A stretch of DNA of 32,000 bases from Melioribacteraceae bacterium (GTDB lineage: Bacteria; Bacteroidota; Ignavibacteria; Ignavibacteriales; Melioribacteraceae): the NCBI GenBank assembly GCA_963667875.2, contig CAXXGC010000008.1, positions 188,191 through 220,190 on the forward strand, given 5' to 3'. Under the pieces are notes generated by a model. It had not been told where the DNA came from and did not search any database. It saw nothing but the letters and a program-made list of their open reading frames with translations. Below are positions 24,813-32,000 of this stretch, piece after piece. The translations under genes were made by a program, and so were the position numbers. Position 1 is the first letter of the stretch; the number at the start of each line of letters is the position of its first letter.

Positions 24813-25766
24813 TTAATTGTTTATCCGGTTTTCTAAAAACCAGTTGTAACTTAATTTAATTCCTTCTTGTAAAGATATTTTATGTTTCCACCCCAAATTG
24901 TGCAGACGTGCAACATCCAACAATTTGCGTGGTGTTCCATCAGGTTTTTCCGGATTATATTTAATTTCACCCTCAAATCCAACAATTTTTTTAACTGTTT
25001 CGGCAAGTTCGGCAATAGTTAAATCTTCACCGGTGCCAATATTTAAGTGCGAAATATTATTATCATATAAATCGGTTGCGTTTATTTTATCCATTAAATA
25101 CACAACCGCATCGGCTAAATCTTCAACGTATAAAAACTCTCTTTTAGGCGTTCCTGTTCCCCAAATTTCCACCGTTGGTAAATTATTAATTTTTGCATTA
25201 TGAAATTTGCTTATAAATGCGGGCATTACGTGTGATGTGCTTAAATTGTAATTATCAAACGGACCGTATAAATTTGTAGGCATACCGGATATATAATTAC
25301 ATCCGTATTGTTTGTAATAACTTTCGCACAATTTTAACCCTGCTATTTTAGCTATTGCATAAGGTTCATTTGTGTTTTCAAGTTCACCGGTTAACAAATA
25401 TTCTTCTTTAATGGGCTGCGGAGCAAATTTTGGATAAATACACGAACTTCCTAAAAACAACAACTTTTCCACATTGTTTTTATATGCCGAATGAATAATA
25501 TTCGATTCAATCATTAAATTTTCGTACAAAAACTGACCGCGATATGTGTTATTTGCTAAAATTCCGCCAACTTTTGCGGCTGCTACAATTACGTAATCCG
25601 GTTTTTCCTTTTCAAAAAAATCCTCAACATCACTTTGGCGCATCAAATCCAATTCATCAATAGATTTTGTAACAATATTATTTGCGCCAAACTTTATTAA
25701 CCGCCTTTGAATAGCTGATCCAACCATTCCCAGATGTCCGGCCAAATAAATTTTTTTATCCAACAT
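24813..25766 (-). CDS. fcl: GDP-L-fucose synthase (GDP-4-keto-6-deoxymannose epimerase/reductase)
   Basis: The homology starts at [19 protein letters not shown], so I place the start at the internal ATG (25764-25766, Met30 of the track ORF). It has typical Fcl blocks ([29 protein letters not shown]). It lies directly upstream of gmd in the same operon. Confidence 0.9.
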   Translation of the reverse strand: MLDKKIYLAGHLGMVGSAIQRRLIKFGANNIVTKSIDELDLMRQSDVEDFFEKEKPDYVIVAAAKVGGILANNTYRGQFLYENLMIESNIIHSAYKNNVEKLLFLGSSCIYPKFAPQPIKEEYLLTGELENTNEPYAIAKIAGLKLCESYYKQYGCNYISGMPTNLYGPFDNYNLSTSHVMPAFISKFHNAKINNLPTVEIWGTGTPKREFLYVEDLADAVVYLMDKINATDLYDNNISHLNIGTGEDLTIAELAETVKKIVGFEGEIKYNPEKPDGTPRKLLDVARLHNLGWKHKISLQEGIKLSYNWFLENRINN

Positions 25767-25853
25767 TTGTTTAATTTTCCTAATAAATTTAAATTGTTTG
25801 TTAAATATAAATAAATTCTCCCATTTTTCTAAATAATTAGAACGAGGAAACAA

Positions 25854-28019
25854 ATGTTTAAAAAATTTTCCGGTTTTATTGTTTTTTATTCACTTTTATT
25901 TCTTTTTACTTTTCAAAACACCTCTTTTTCGGAAGAAGGAATGTTTCCGTTGAGTGAAATACGAAAACTTGATCTAAAATCCATGGGATTTAATATTAGT
26001 GTTGATGAATTATATAATCCGGCCGGCACAAGTTTAATTACAGCTTTGGTAAATTTAAGCGGATGTACCGGTTCATTTGTTTCCCAAAACGGCTTAATTT
26101 TAACAAATCATCATTGTTCCTATTCTGCAATAAGCGGTGCAAGTACTTTACTTAACAACTATTTGGATAATGGATTTACCGCCTGCACATTAAACGAAGA
26201 AATTGAAGCAAAAGGCATTTCAGCCAAAATAATTGAATCGTATGAGGATGTATCGGATTTAATTCTTCAATCAATTGACACAGTTAAAGATAATTATGAT
26301 AGAAAAAAAGCTATTCAATCCAAAATTAAAGAGCTTGAAGAAATAAATTCCGATGATAAAAATGATATTACAGCAGAAGTTGCGGAAATGTTAGCGGGTA
26401 AATCGTACATTTTATTTAAATATAAAAAAATTAAGGATGTTCGTATAGTATACGCTCCGCCTCAATCAATAGGCAATTTTGGAGGCGAGGATGATAATTG
26501 GATTTGGCCTCGTCACACTGGTGATTTTACATTTTTGCGTGCTTATGTTGCACCGGACGGCACTTCAAAAAGTTTTTCCAAAGATAATGTGCCTTACACA
26601 CCTAAAAAGTGGCTAAAAATAAATTCATCGGGTGTTAAAGAAAACGATTTTGCTTTTATTCTTGGTTACCCCGGCCGAACTTTTCGTCATCAGCCGTTAA
26701 AATTTATAGAATATCAGTATAATTACCTTCTTCCAACTGTTTCGTATATAAATAATTGGATTATTGAACAATACCAGGATATTTCAAAAGATAATGATTC
26801 ATTAAAATTAAAATACGCTTCACCCATAAAAAGCCTTGCCAATACGGCAAAAAATTATCAGGGCAAATTGTTTGGTTTACAAAGATTAAATTTTATTGAG
26901 AAAAAAATTAATGAAGAAAACGAAATTAAAAATTTCATCAATTCCGATTCTCTATTATCCTCAAAATACAAAAACTTGTTTAACCAAATTGAGGATGTTT
27001 ACAAAACAATAAATTCGTATGCAATGGCGGAAATTTTAATAATTCGATTATTAAGAAATTCGTACATTTATAATACTACCGACTTTTTGTTTACATATCC
27101 AACCGAGATGAATAAGCCTGATAATGAACGACAGACAATGTACAAAAAGGATAATTTACCTTTTACACTTCCTAACTTTAATTCTTCTTTACAAAATTTA
27201 AATCCTGAATTTGAAAAACGGTTATTCGTAAAAGCCATAACCATGTTTAAGGATTTGGATTCAACCGCTTTACTTACCCCAATTAAAAATATTTTTAATC
27301 CGTTAAAGACTAAAACAGACATTGAAAATTATGTTGTTAATACTTTGTTAAATAAAAACGGCCTGCTTTTTACCGCAAAAGACAGCCTGTTATCAAAAAC
27401 AACAGATGAAATAATTTCAAGCGGTGACGAATTACTTAATTTATGTTATCAGTTTAAACTTGTACGCGAATACATTAAAAAACAAAACGATGAACAAGAC
27501 GGATATTTAAGTAAACTACTCCCTCAGCTTGTTGAAATAAAAACACTTAAAGATAAAGGAAGTTTTATTCCGGACGGAAACGGAACATTACGTTTAACAT
27601 ACGGACATATTATTGGGTACACGCCGGCGGACGCAGTATATTATTCCCCCTTTACCACATTAAGCGGAATTATTGAAAAAAGTTATAAAGGCGGTTTATA
27701 TAAAATTCCTCAAAAGCTATACGAGCTGAACAAAATTAAGGATAAAGATAAATTTTTTAGTAAAGATTTAAACGATATTCCGGTTGCGTTTTTATATAAT
27801 ATGGATACAACAGGAGGAAATTCCGGCAGTCCTGTTTTAAATTCTTTTGGCCAATTAATTGGTTTAAACTACGATAGAGCTTTTGAAGCAACCATTAACG
27901 ATTTTACATATAGCAAGTTTTATAGCCGTTCAATAGGTGTAGATATTAGATATATATTGTATATTACCAAAAATTTAGGTAACGCCGAAAATATATTAAA
28001 AGAACTTAATGTTGATTAA
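25854..28019 (+). CDS. S46-family serine peptidase (dipeptidyl-peptidase 7/11-like)
   Basis: 721 aa with a signal-like N-terminus. The catalytic His block is [19 protein letters not shown] and the catalytic Ser block is [24 protein letters not shown] long helical insert lies between the two protease halves, as in DPP7/DPP11. Confidence 0.85.
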   Translation: MFKKFSGFIVFYSLLFLFTFQNTSFSEEGMFPLSEIRKLDLKSMGFNISVDELYNPAGTSLITALVNLSGCTGSFVSQNGLILTNHHCSYSAISGASTLLNNYLDNGFTACTLNEEIEAKGISAKIIESYEDVSDLILQSIDTVKDNYDRKKAIQSKIKELEEINSDDKNDITAEVAEMLAGKSYILFKYKKIKDVRIVYAPPQSIGNFGGEDDNWIWPRHTGDFTFLRAYVAPDGTSKSFSKDNVPYTPKKWLKINSSGVKENDFAFILGYPGRTFRHQPLKFIEYQYNYLLPTVSYINNWIIEQYQDISKDNDSLKLKYASPIKSLANTAKNYQGKLFGLQRLNFIEKKINEENEIKNFINSDSLLSSKYKNLFNQIEDVYKTINSYAMAEILIIRLLRNSYIYNTTDFLFTYPTEMNKPDNERQTMYKKDNLPFTLPNFNSSLQNLNPEFEKRLFVKAITMFKDLDSTALLTPIKNIFNPLKTKTDIENYVVNTLLNKNGLLFTAKDSLLSKTTDEIISSGDELLNLCYQFKLVREYIKKQNDEQDGYLSKLLPQLVEIKTLKDKGSFIPDGNGTLRLTYGHIIGYTPADAVYYSPFTTLSGIIEKSYKGGLYKIPQKLYELNKIKDKDKFFSKDLNDIPVAFLYNMDTTGGNSGSPVLNSFGQLIGLNYDRAFEATINDFTYSKFYSRSIGVDIRYILYITKNLGNAENILKELNVD

Positions 28020-28781
28020 TTAGTTCAATATTTCCAATACTTGTTTATGAATTAACGGGGAGGCCGCAATAATACTTCCCCCTTTGATCGGGTTTCCGCC
28101 GTTATAATCGGTAATAACTCCTCCCGCCCCTCTAACAATTGGTATTAAAGCACATAAATCCCATAAATTCATAATAGGATCAACCATTATATCGGCATAA
28201 CCTGCGGCAAGTAATAAATAGCCGTAACAATCCCCCCACATTCTATACAGTTTTACATCATGTATCAATTTATTAAACTTTTCAATATTTTGATATTTTT
28301 CAACATTCAAATGATCGGTTGTTAATAACACCGCCTCGTTTAAGCTGCCGCATTTCCGCATAAAGGTCTTTTTTTCATTAAAAAATGTCTCTTTATTATC
28401 CCCAATCATAAACTCATTTAAAATCGGCTGATTAACAACTCCTAAAATCGGTTCTCCCTTAAACAATAAGCCGATCATTGTACCAAATGTATAAGCACCG
28501 CAAATAAAACTTTTTGTACCGTCAATGGGATCTAAAACCCATTTATAATCCGCATCGGGATTTACAATTCCAAACTCTTCTCCTACAATTCCATGTTCAG
28601 GGAACTCCTTAAATATCAGTTCACGCATTGTTTCTTCTGCTTTTTTATCAGCAATAGTTACGGGCGATAAATCACTTTTCACTTCTATATTTATACCTAC
28701 CCTAAAATAAGGTTTAATCACATTTGCACTGCGTTCAGCTAATAATTTACAAAAAACCTTTAATTCATTTAATTCCGTCAT
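28020..28781 (-). CDS. Inositol monophosphatase family protein (IMPase / possible histidinol-phosphatase HisN-type)
   Basis: 253 aa with the WVLDPIDGTKSF and WDLCALIPIVRGAGG signature motifs of the IMPase/FBPase superfamily. Confidence 0.85.
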   Translation of the reverse strand: MTELNELKVFCKLLAERSANVIKPYFRVGINIEVKSDLSPVTIADKKAEETMRELIFKEFPEHGIVGEEFGIVNPDADYKWVLDPIDGTKSFICGAYTFGTMIGLLFKGEPILGVVNQPILNEFMIGDNKETFFNEKKTFMRKCGSLNEAVLLTTDHLNVEKYQNIEKFNKLIHDVKLYRMWGDCYGYLLLAAGYADIMVDPIMNLWDLCALIPIVRGAGGVITDYNGGNPIKGGSIIAASPLIHKQVLEILN

Positions 28782-28863
28782 AATTACAATCCTTGTAGTA
28801 AAAAGTTTAGTACTCTAATTAACAAAAAGTTATTTATATTTGCATATTAATTTTTTAATAATT

Positions 28864-29832
28864 ATGCAAATATTACAGCCCGACATACATACTATTGAAC
28901 TAGCCTCCCTGATTATTAAAAACGGCGGATTAGTAGCATTCCCAACCGAAACTGTTTATGGATTAGGAGCAAATGGATTTAATCCCACTGCCGTAGCTAA
29001 AATTTTTGAGGCTAAAGGCCGTCCTAAATTTAATCCGTTAATTTTACATATTTGTGATGCCGCCCAAATAAAACAAATAAGCACAATTGATATAAATAGT
29101 ATTCAAAATCTAATTACCGCATTTTTTCCGGGACCACTGACATTAGTAATACCCAAATCGGATATAGTTCCCGATATTGTTACTGCCGGTAATTCCACCG
29201 TTGCGGTACGAATGCCAAACCATAAAATAGCCTTGGAATTAATAAAAACAGCAGGAGTTCCAATTGCCGCCCCAAGCGCAAACAAATTTGGCAAATTAAG
29301 CCCAACAACAGCAAATCATGTGGCTAAACAATTAAAAGATAAAGTTGATATAATTCTTGACGGCGGTAAATGTTCGGTTGGAGTTGAATCGACAATAATT
29401 GAAATTAGCGGTAACGACTATTATTTGTTACGTCCGGGCGGACTGGCGACTGAGGAAATTGAAAAAGTTATTAATAAAAAATTATTAAAAAAAGAGAATT
29501 CAAAAAATCCAAACGCACCCGGACAACTGTTATTCCATTACGCACCAGGTATTCCAATAAAATTTTTGAATGATATTTCAATAGAAGAAACTAAAGGGAA
29601 AAAAATTGGTGCTTTATTATTTTCTGAAAAATATTTAGATTACTCTTTTGCTGAAAAAAAATGTTTAACAACAACAAACAGCTACATTGAAGCTGCTTCA
29701 AATCTTTTTTATATGTTGCACGAACTGGAATTAAAAAATATTGATATTATTCTTGCTGAACCGGTGCCGGAAATTGGATTAGGAAAAGCAATAATGGATA
29801 GACTTAAAAAGGCAGTAAATACTTTTAAATAG
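28864..29832 (+). CDS. tsaC: L-threonylcarbamoyladenylate synthase (Sua5/YwlC type, with C-terminal Sua5 domain)
   Basis: VAFPTETVYGLGAN, RPKFNPLILHI and PSANKFG motifs, plus a C-terminal extension of about 120 aa. I prefer the ATG at 28864 (MQILQPD) to the TTG at 28840. Confidence 0.85.
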   Translation: MQILQPDIHTIELASLIIKNGGLVAFPTETVYGLGANGFNPTAVAKIFEAKGRPKFNPLILHICDAAQIKQISTIDINSIQNLITAFFPGPLTLVIPKSDIVPDIVTAGNSTVAVRMPNHKIALELIKTAGVPIAAPSANKFGKLSPTTANHVAKQLKDKVDIILDGGKCSVGVESTIIEISGNDYYLLRPGGLATEEIEKVINKKLLKKENSKNPNAPGQLLFHYAPGIPIKFLNDISIEETKGKKIGALLFSEKYLDYSFAEKKCLTTTNSYIEAASNLFYMLHELELKNIDIILAEPVPEIGLGKAIMDRLKKAVNTFK

Positions 29833-29851
29833 ATAATTAACGAGGTAATTT

Positions 29852-30955
29852 TTGAAATCGGACAAAGTTAAAAGAATCGGTATTTTAACAGGCGGCGGCG
29901 ACTGCCCCGGATTAAACGCAGTAATACGCGGCGTTGCTAAACCAGCACATGATAATGGTTTACAGGTAATTGGCATTTTGGACGGATTTGAAGGTCTTGT
30001 TGAAGGAAAAGCTCAGCAGCTTTATAACAAAGACGTTTCGGGAATTTTGGCAATGGGCGGTACTATACTTGGTTCATCCAATAAGGGCGACCCTTTTCAT
30101 TGGCCTGAAATGCAAAATGGTGTAATTAAAATTGTTGACAAATCCGAAGCAGCTTTGCGTAATTATGAAGCATGGAAATTAGATGCCTTAATTGCTATTG
30201 GCGGTGATGGAACAATGCATATTGCGGATAAATTATCTAAAATGGGAATGAATATTGTCGGAGTTCCTAAAACCATTGATAACGATTTGGAAGCAACCGA
30301 TCAAACTTTTGGTCATGATTCAGCTATATTTGTTGTAAGTGAAGCACTTGACCGATTACATACAACCGCTTCATCCCATCATAGAGTAATGGTTATTGAA
30401 GTTATGGGAAGATATGCCGGTTGGATTGCATTAAACGGCGGAATTGCCGGCGGTGCCGATATTATATTATTGCCCGAAATCCCATTCGAATGGGATGTTG
30501 TGTACGACAGAGTATTATCGCGTAATATGAATGGTAAAAGATTTAGTATTGTTTGTGTTTCGGAAGGTGCAAAACCAAAAGGCGGCGAGTTAGTTGTTAA
30601 AGCTACTGATATTAAAAGAACCGATCCGATACAACTCGGCGGTATTGGCGAACTGGTTGCTAAAAACATTATGGATCACACCGGTCTTGAGACCAGATAT
30701 ACTGTTTTAGGACATACACAGCGTGGTGGCAGCCCTACACCTTACGATAGGATATTATCTACCAAGTTTGGTACTTTTGCTATACAGTATGCCATTAAAA
30801 AGAAGTTTGGAATTATGGTTACACTAAAAGGAAGTGAAATAAAATATGCCAAAATTGCTGACTGTATCTCTAAACAAAAATTAGTCAGTCCCGATTGCCA
30901 AGGCGTACAAACTGCCGTTGCGGTTGGTGTAAGTTTTGGTACTCAAGATTTATAA
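29852..30955 (+). CDS. pfkA: ATP-dependent 6-phosphofructokinase
   Basis: 367 aa with RIGILTGGGDCPGLNAVIRGV, IGGDGT (the GGDG form fits ATP rather than PPi dependence), PKTIDNDL, MGRYAGWIAL and LGHTQRGG. It has a TTG start. Confidence 0.9.
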   Translation: MKSDKVKRIGILTGGGDCPGLNAVIRGVAKPAHDNGLQVIGILDGFEGLVEGKAQQLYNKDVSGILAMGGTILGSSNKGDPFHWPEMQNGVIKIVDKSEAALRNYEAWKLDALIAIGGDGTMHIADKLSKMGMNIVGVPKTIDNDLEATDQTFGHDSAIFVVSEALDRLHTTASSHHRVMVIEVMGRYAGWIALNGGIAGGADIILLPEIPFEWDVVYDRVLSRNMNGKRFSIVCVSEGAKPKGGELVVKATDIKRTDPIQLGGIGELVAKNIMDHTGLETRYTVLGHTQRGGSPTPYDRILSTKFGTFAIQYAIKKKFGIMVTLKGSEIKYAKIADCISKQKLVSPDCQGVQTAVAVGVSFGTQDL

Positions 30956-30980
30956 ATGAAATTTATTGTTTTAGCTTAAA

Positions 30981-31016
30981 GGCCGTCTTAATTTTTAAGC
31001 GGCCGTTTTTATTTTT
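30981..31016 (+). terminator. Rho-independent terminator of pfkA
   Basis: GGCCG(T)CTTAA-TTT-TTAAGCGGCC stem-loop (10 bp with one bulge) followed by GTTTTTATTTTT, 26 nt after the pfkA stop. Confidence 0.7.
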
Positions 31017-31020
31017 GCCT

Positions 31021-31076
31021 GCAAGCGGGTTTGATAAATTGTATTTTATGATTGTTGGAAATAACGGCATACAATT
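31021..31076. repeat. 56-nt direct repeat, copy 1
   Basis: GCAAGCGGGTTTGATAAATTGTATTTTATGATTGTTGGAAATAACGGCATACAATT is identical to 31275-31330. It contains an internal 8-bp inverted repeat (AATTGTAT / ATACAATT). Confidence 0.9.
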
Positions 31077-31274
31077 TTTTAATCCATTAAATATATCACA
31101 CCCGACAATTATTTATTTACGGTGCAGAATCCCGTTTACGGGAGAAAGATTTATAGAGAAGAAATCCTCCCCCCAAACAAGAGCGGCGTAGCTGCGAAAT
31201 CAAATTATGTGTTTTATGCCGCCGCGATGCGGCTTTGTATATTTGGGGTTTGTGCTATTATACGTCTTTCACCC

Positions 31275-31330
31275 GCAAGCGGGTTTGATAAATTGTATTT
31301 TATGATTGTTGGAAATAACGGCATACAATT
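31275..31330. repeat. 56-nt direct repeat, copy 2
   Basis: Perfect copy of 31021-31076, 254 nt downstream. Confidence 0.9.
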
Positions 31331-31431
31331 AAAAAAATCTTTATCATATAGCCCCACACAAATATCCGTTTTCTGTTCTTATAACACACGAGCATTTGTT
31401 ATGCAATATTATTATTTGAGCTGTTTAACCT

Positions 31432-31745
31432 AGCCATTTGAGACTGTGTGAAAATTGGGGAATAATAGGTTCAAAGGTTGCACGGCTCTACCGTGCTGGT
31501 AGTTGGTGGGGGTGCGCGTTATTACAAACATTGCACTTCTCCGAAGTGCTTTCATAGGAATAATAATGCTATAACATATTTTATTACAACAAGTTGAAAG
31601 GTATTTAAATAACCCCAGCTTTTAAGCTGGGGGTTTGGAAAACGAAAATATTGGGTTTTAACCCAAGCATAATAATAGTGGACGATAATGAAAAATTAAC
31701 AGAAAACGTGTCATTCACCAATTTTCACACAATCACTTTATGGCT
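31432..31745. repeat. Inverted-repeat-bounded ~314-nt non-coding element (MITE-like or structured RNA)
   Basis: The left arm is AGCCAT-N7-TGTGTGAAAATTGG (31432-31458). The right arm is CCAATTTTCACACA-N8-ATGGCT (31718-31745). The interior has four clean hairpins at 31480-31496, 31533-31549, 31613-31632 and 31651-31666, and no credible ORF. Confidence 0.4.
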
Positions 31746-31779
31746 GGGAATTAAAATGATATATCATTATTACAAATAT

Positions 31780-32000
31780 TTACGCCTTAAATAACTGTTT
31801 TATAAACTTAAACTCCTCATCAGTCAGCGGTTTATCTTGGGCGCTTAAATTAATAATAACCTGTTCAACATTTCTAAATCCGGGGATTACGGAACCAACA
31901 ACATCATAATGCAGCATATATTGCAATGCGGCACGAGCCAAATCTTTAATATCACTTCCAAATTTTTGTTTTAATGCGTCAAGTTTTGGTTCAATATTGG
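31780..32000 (-). CDS. Aldo/keto reductase, C-terminal fragment (5' end outside window)
   Basis: The reverse-strand translation is NIEPKLDALKQKFGSDIKDLARAALQYMLHYDVVGSVIPGFRNVEQVIINLSAQDKPLTDEEFKFIKQLFKA*. It fits the C-terminal LA..AL.W.L....V..VIPG.....Q...N......L..EE pattern of AKR proteins. It is absent from the ORF track because its start lies outside the window. Confidence 0.6.
   Translation of the reverse strand, partial: NIEPKLDALKQKFGSDIKDLARAALQYMLHYDVVGSVIPGFRNVEQVIINLSAQDKPLTDEEFKFIKQLFKA

Noticed and set aside
25767-25853. The 29-aa N-terminal extension of fcl in the ORF track, and similar upstream alternative starts for tsaC (28840) and the HD gene (21050).
   Set aside because: Family homology begins at the internal ATG in each case. 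The extension of fcl would abut the divergent S46 peptidase start at 25854 and leave no promoter space.
31021-31330. The 56-nt perfect repeats as a minimal CRISPR array.
   Set aside because: There are only two copies. The repeat length (56 nt) and spacer (198 nt) are outside the CRISPR range, and there are no cas genes in the window.
30895-31433. Track ORFs 30895-31191 and 31122-31433 (both contain ASGFDKLYFMIVGNNGIQ).
   Set aside because: The shared peptide is just the translation of the 56-nt DNA repeat. The first ORF overlaps the pfkA 3' end and its terminator. The sequences have no protein-like features and no RBS.

Overview
This is an AT-rich bacterial chromosomal segment. The gene content (S46 peptidase, HldD, Gmd/Fcl, an ECF sigma module) and the GGAG-type ribosome-binding sites suggest an FCB-group or Ignavibacteria-like organism, but the taxonomy cannot be proven from this window. 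Most of the window is ordinary housekeeping or envelope genes: hldD (fragment), a Nudix hydrolase, an EamA transporter, a glycosyltransferase, prfA, an ECF sigma / anti-sigma / 2x DUF4097 operon, glgA, hemW, an HD-domain hydrolase, a DUF3592 membrane protein, a TIGR01777-like epimerase, gmd, fcl, an S46 peptidase, an IMPase-family protein, tsaC/sua5, pfkA and an aldo/keto reductase fragment. No rRNA, tRNA, CRISPR array, integrase or transposase was recognised. The stand-out region is 4976-13919, a co-oriented and tightly spaced three-gene cassette. It holds two paralogous TIR / NB-ARC-type STAND NTPase / TPR-array proteins (969 and 1103 aa). They are followed by an 874-aa protein that combines a degenerate ribokinase (PfkB)-like N-terminal domain, a classical AAA+ ATPase module and a C-terminal pair of RyR (ryanodine-receptor repeat) domains. 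The TIR-STAND-TPR genes look like Avs/TIR-NLR-type immune sensors. I do not recognise the third gene's architecture from any named defence system, so the trio is a candidate undescribed TIR-STAND-associated system. Secondary observations are 126-bp-period TPR-coding arrays with near-identical neighbouring units, and two convergent intergenic spacers (13920-14297 and 30956-31779). These spacers carry GC-rich hairpin-dense elements, a perfect 56-nt direct repeat and an inverted-repeat-bounded ~314-nt element. All domain calls rest on by-eye motif recognition and need profile searches to confirm.
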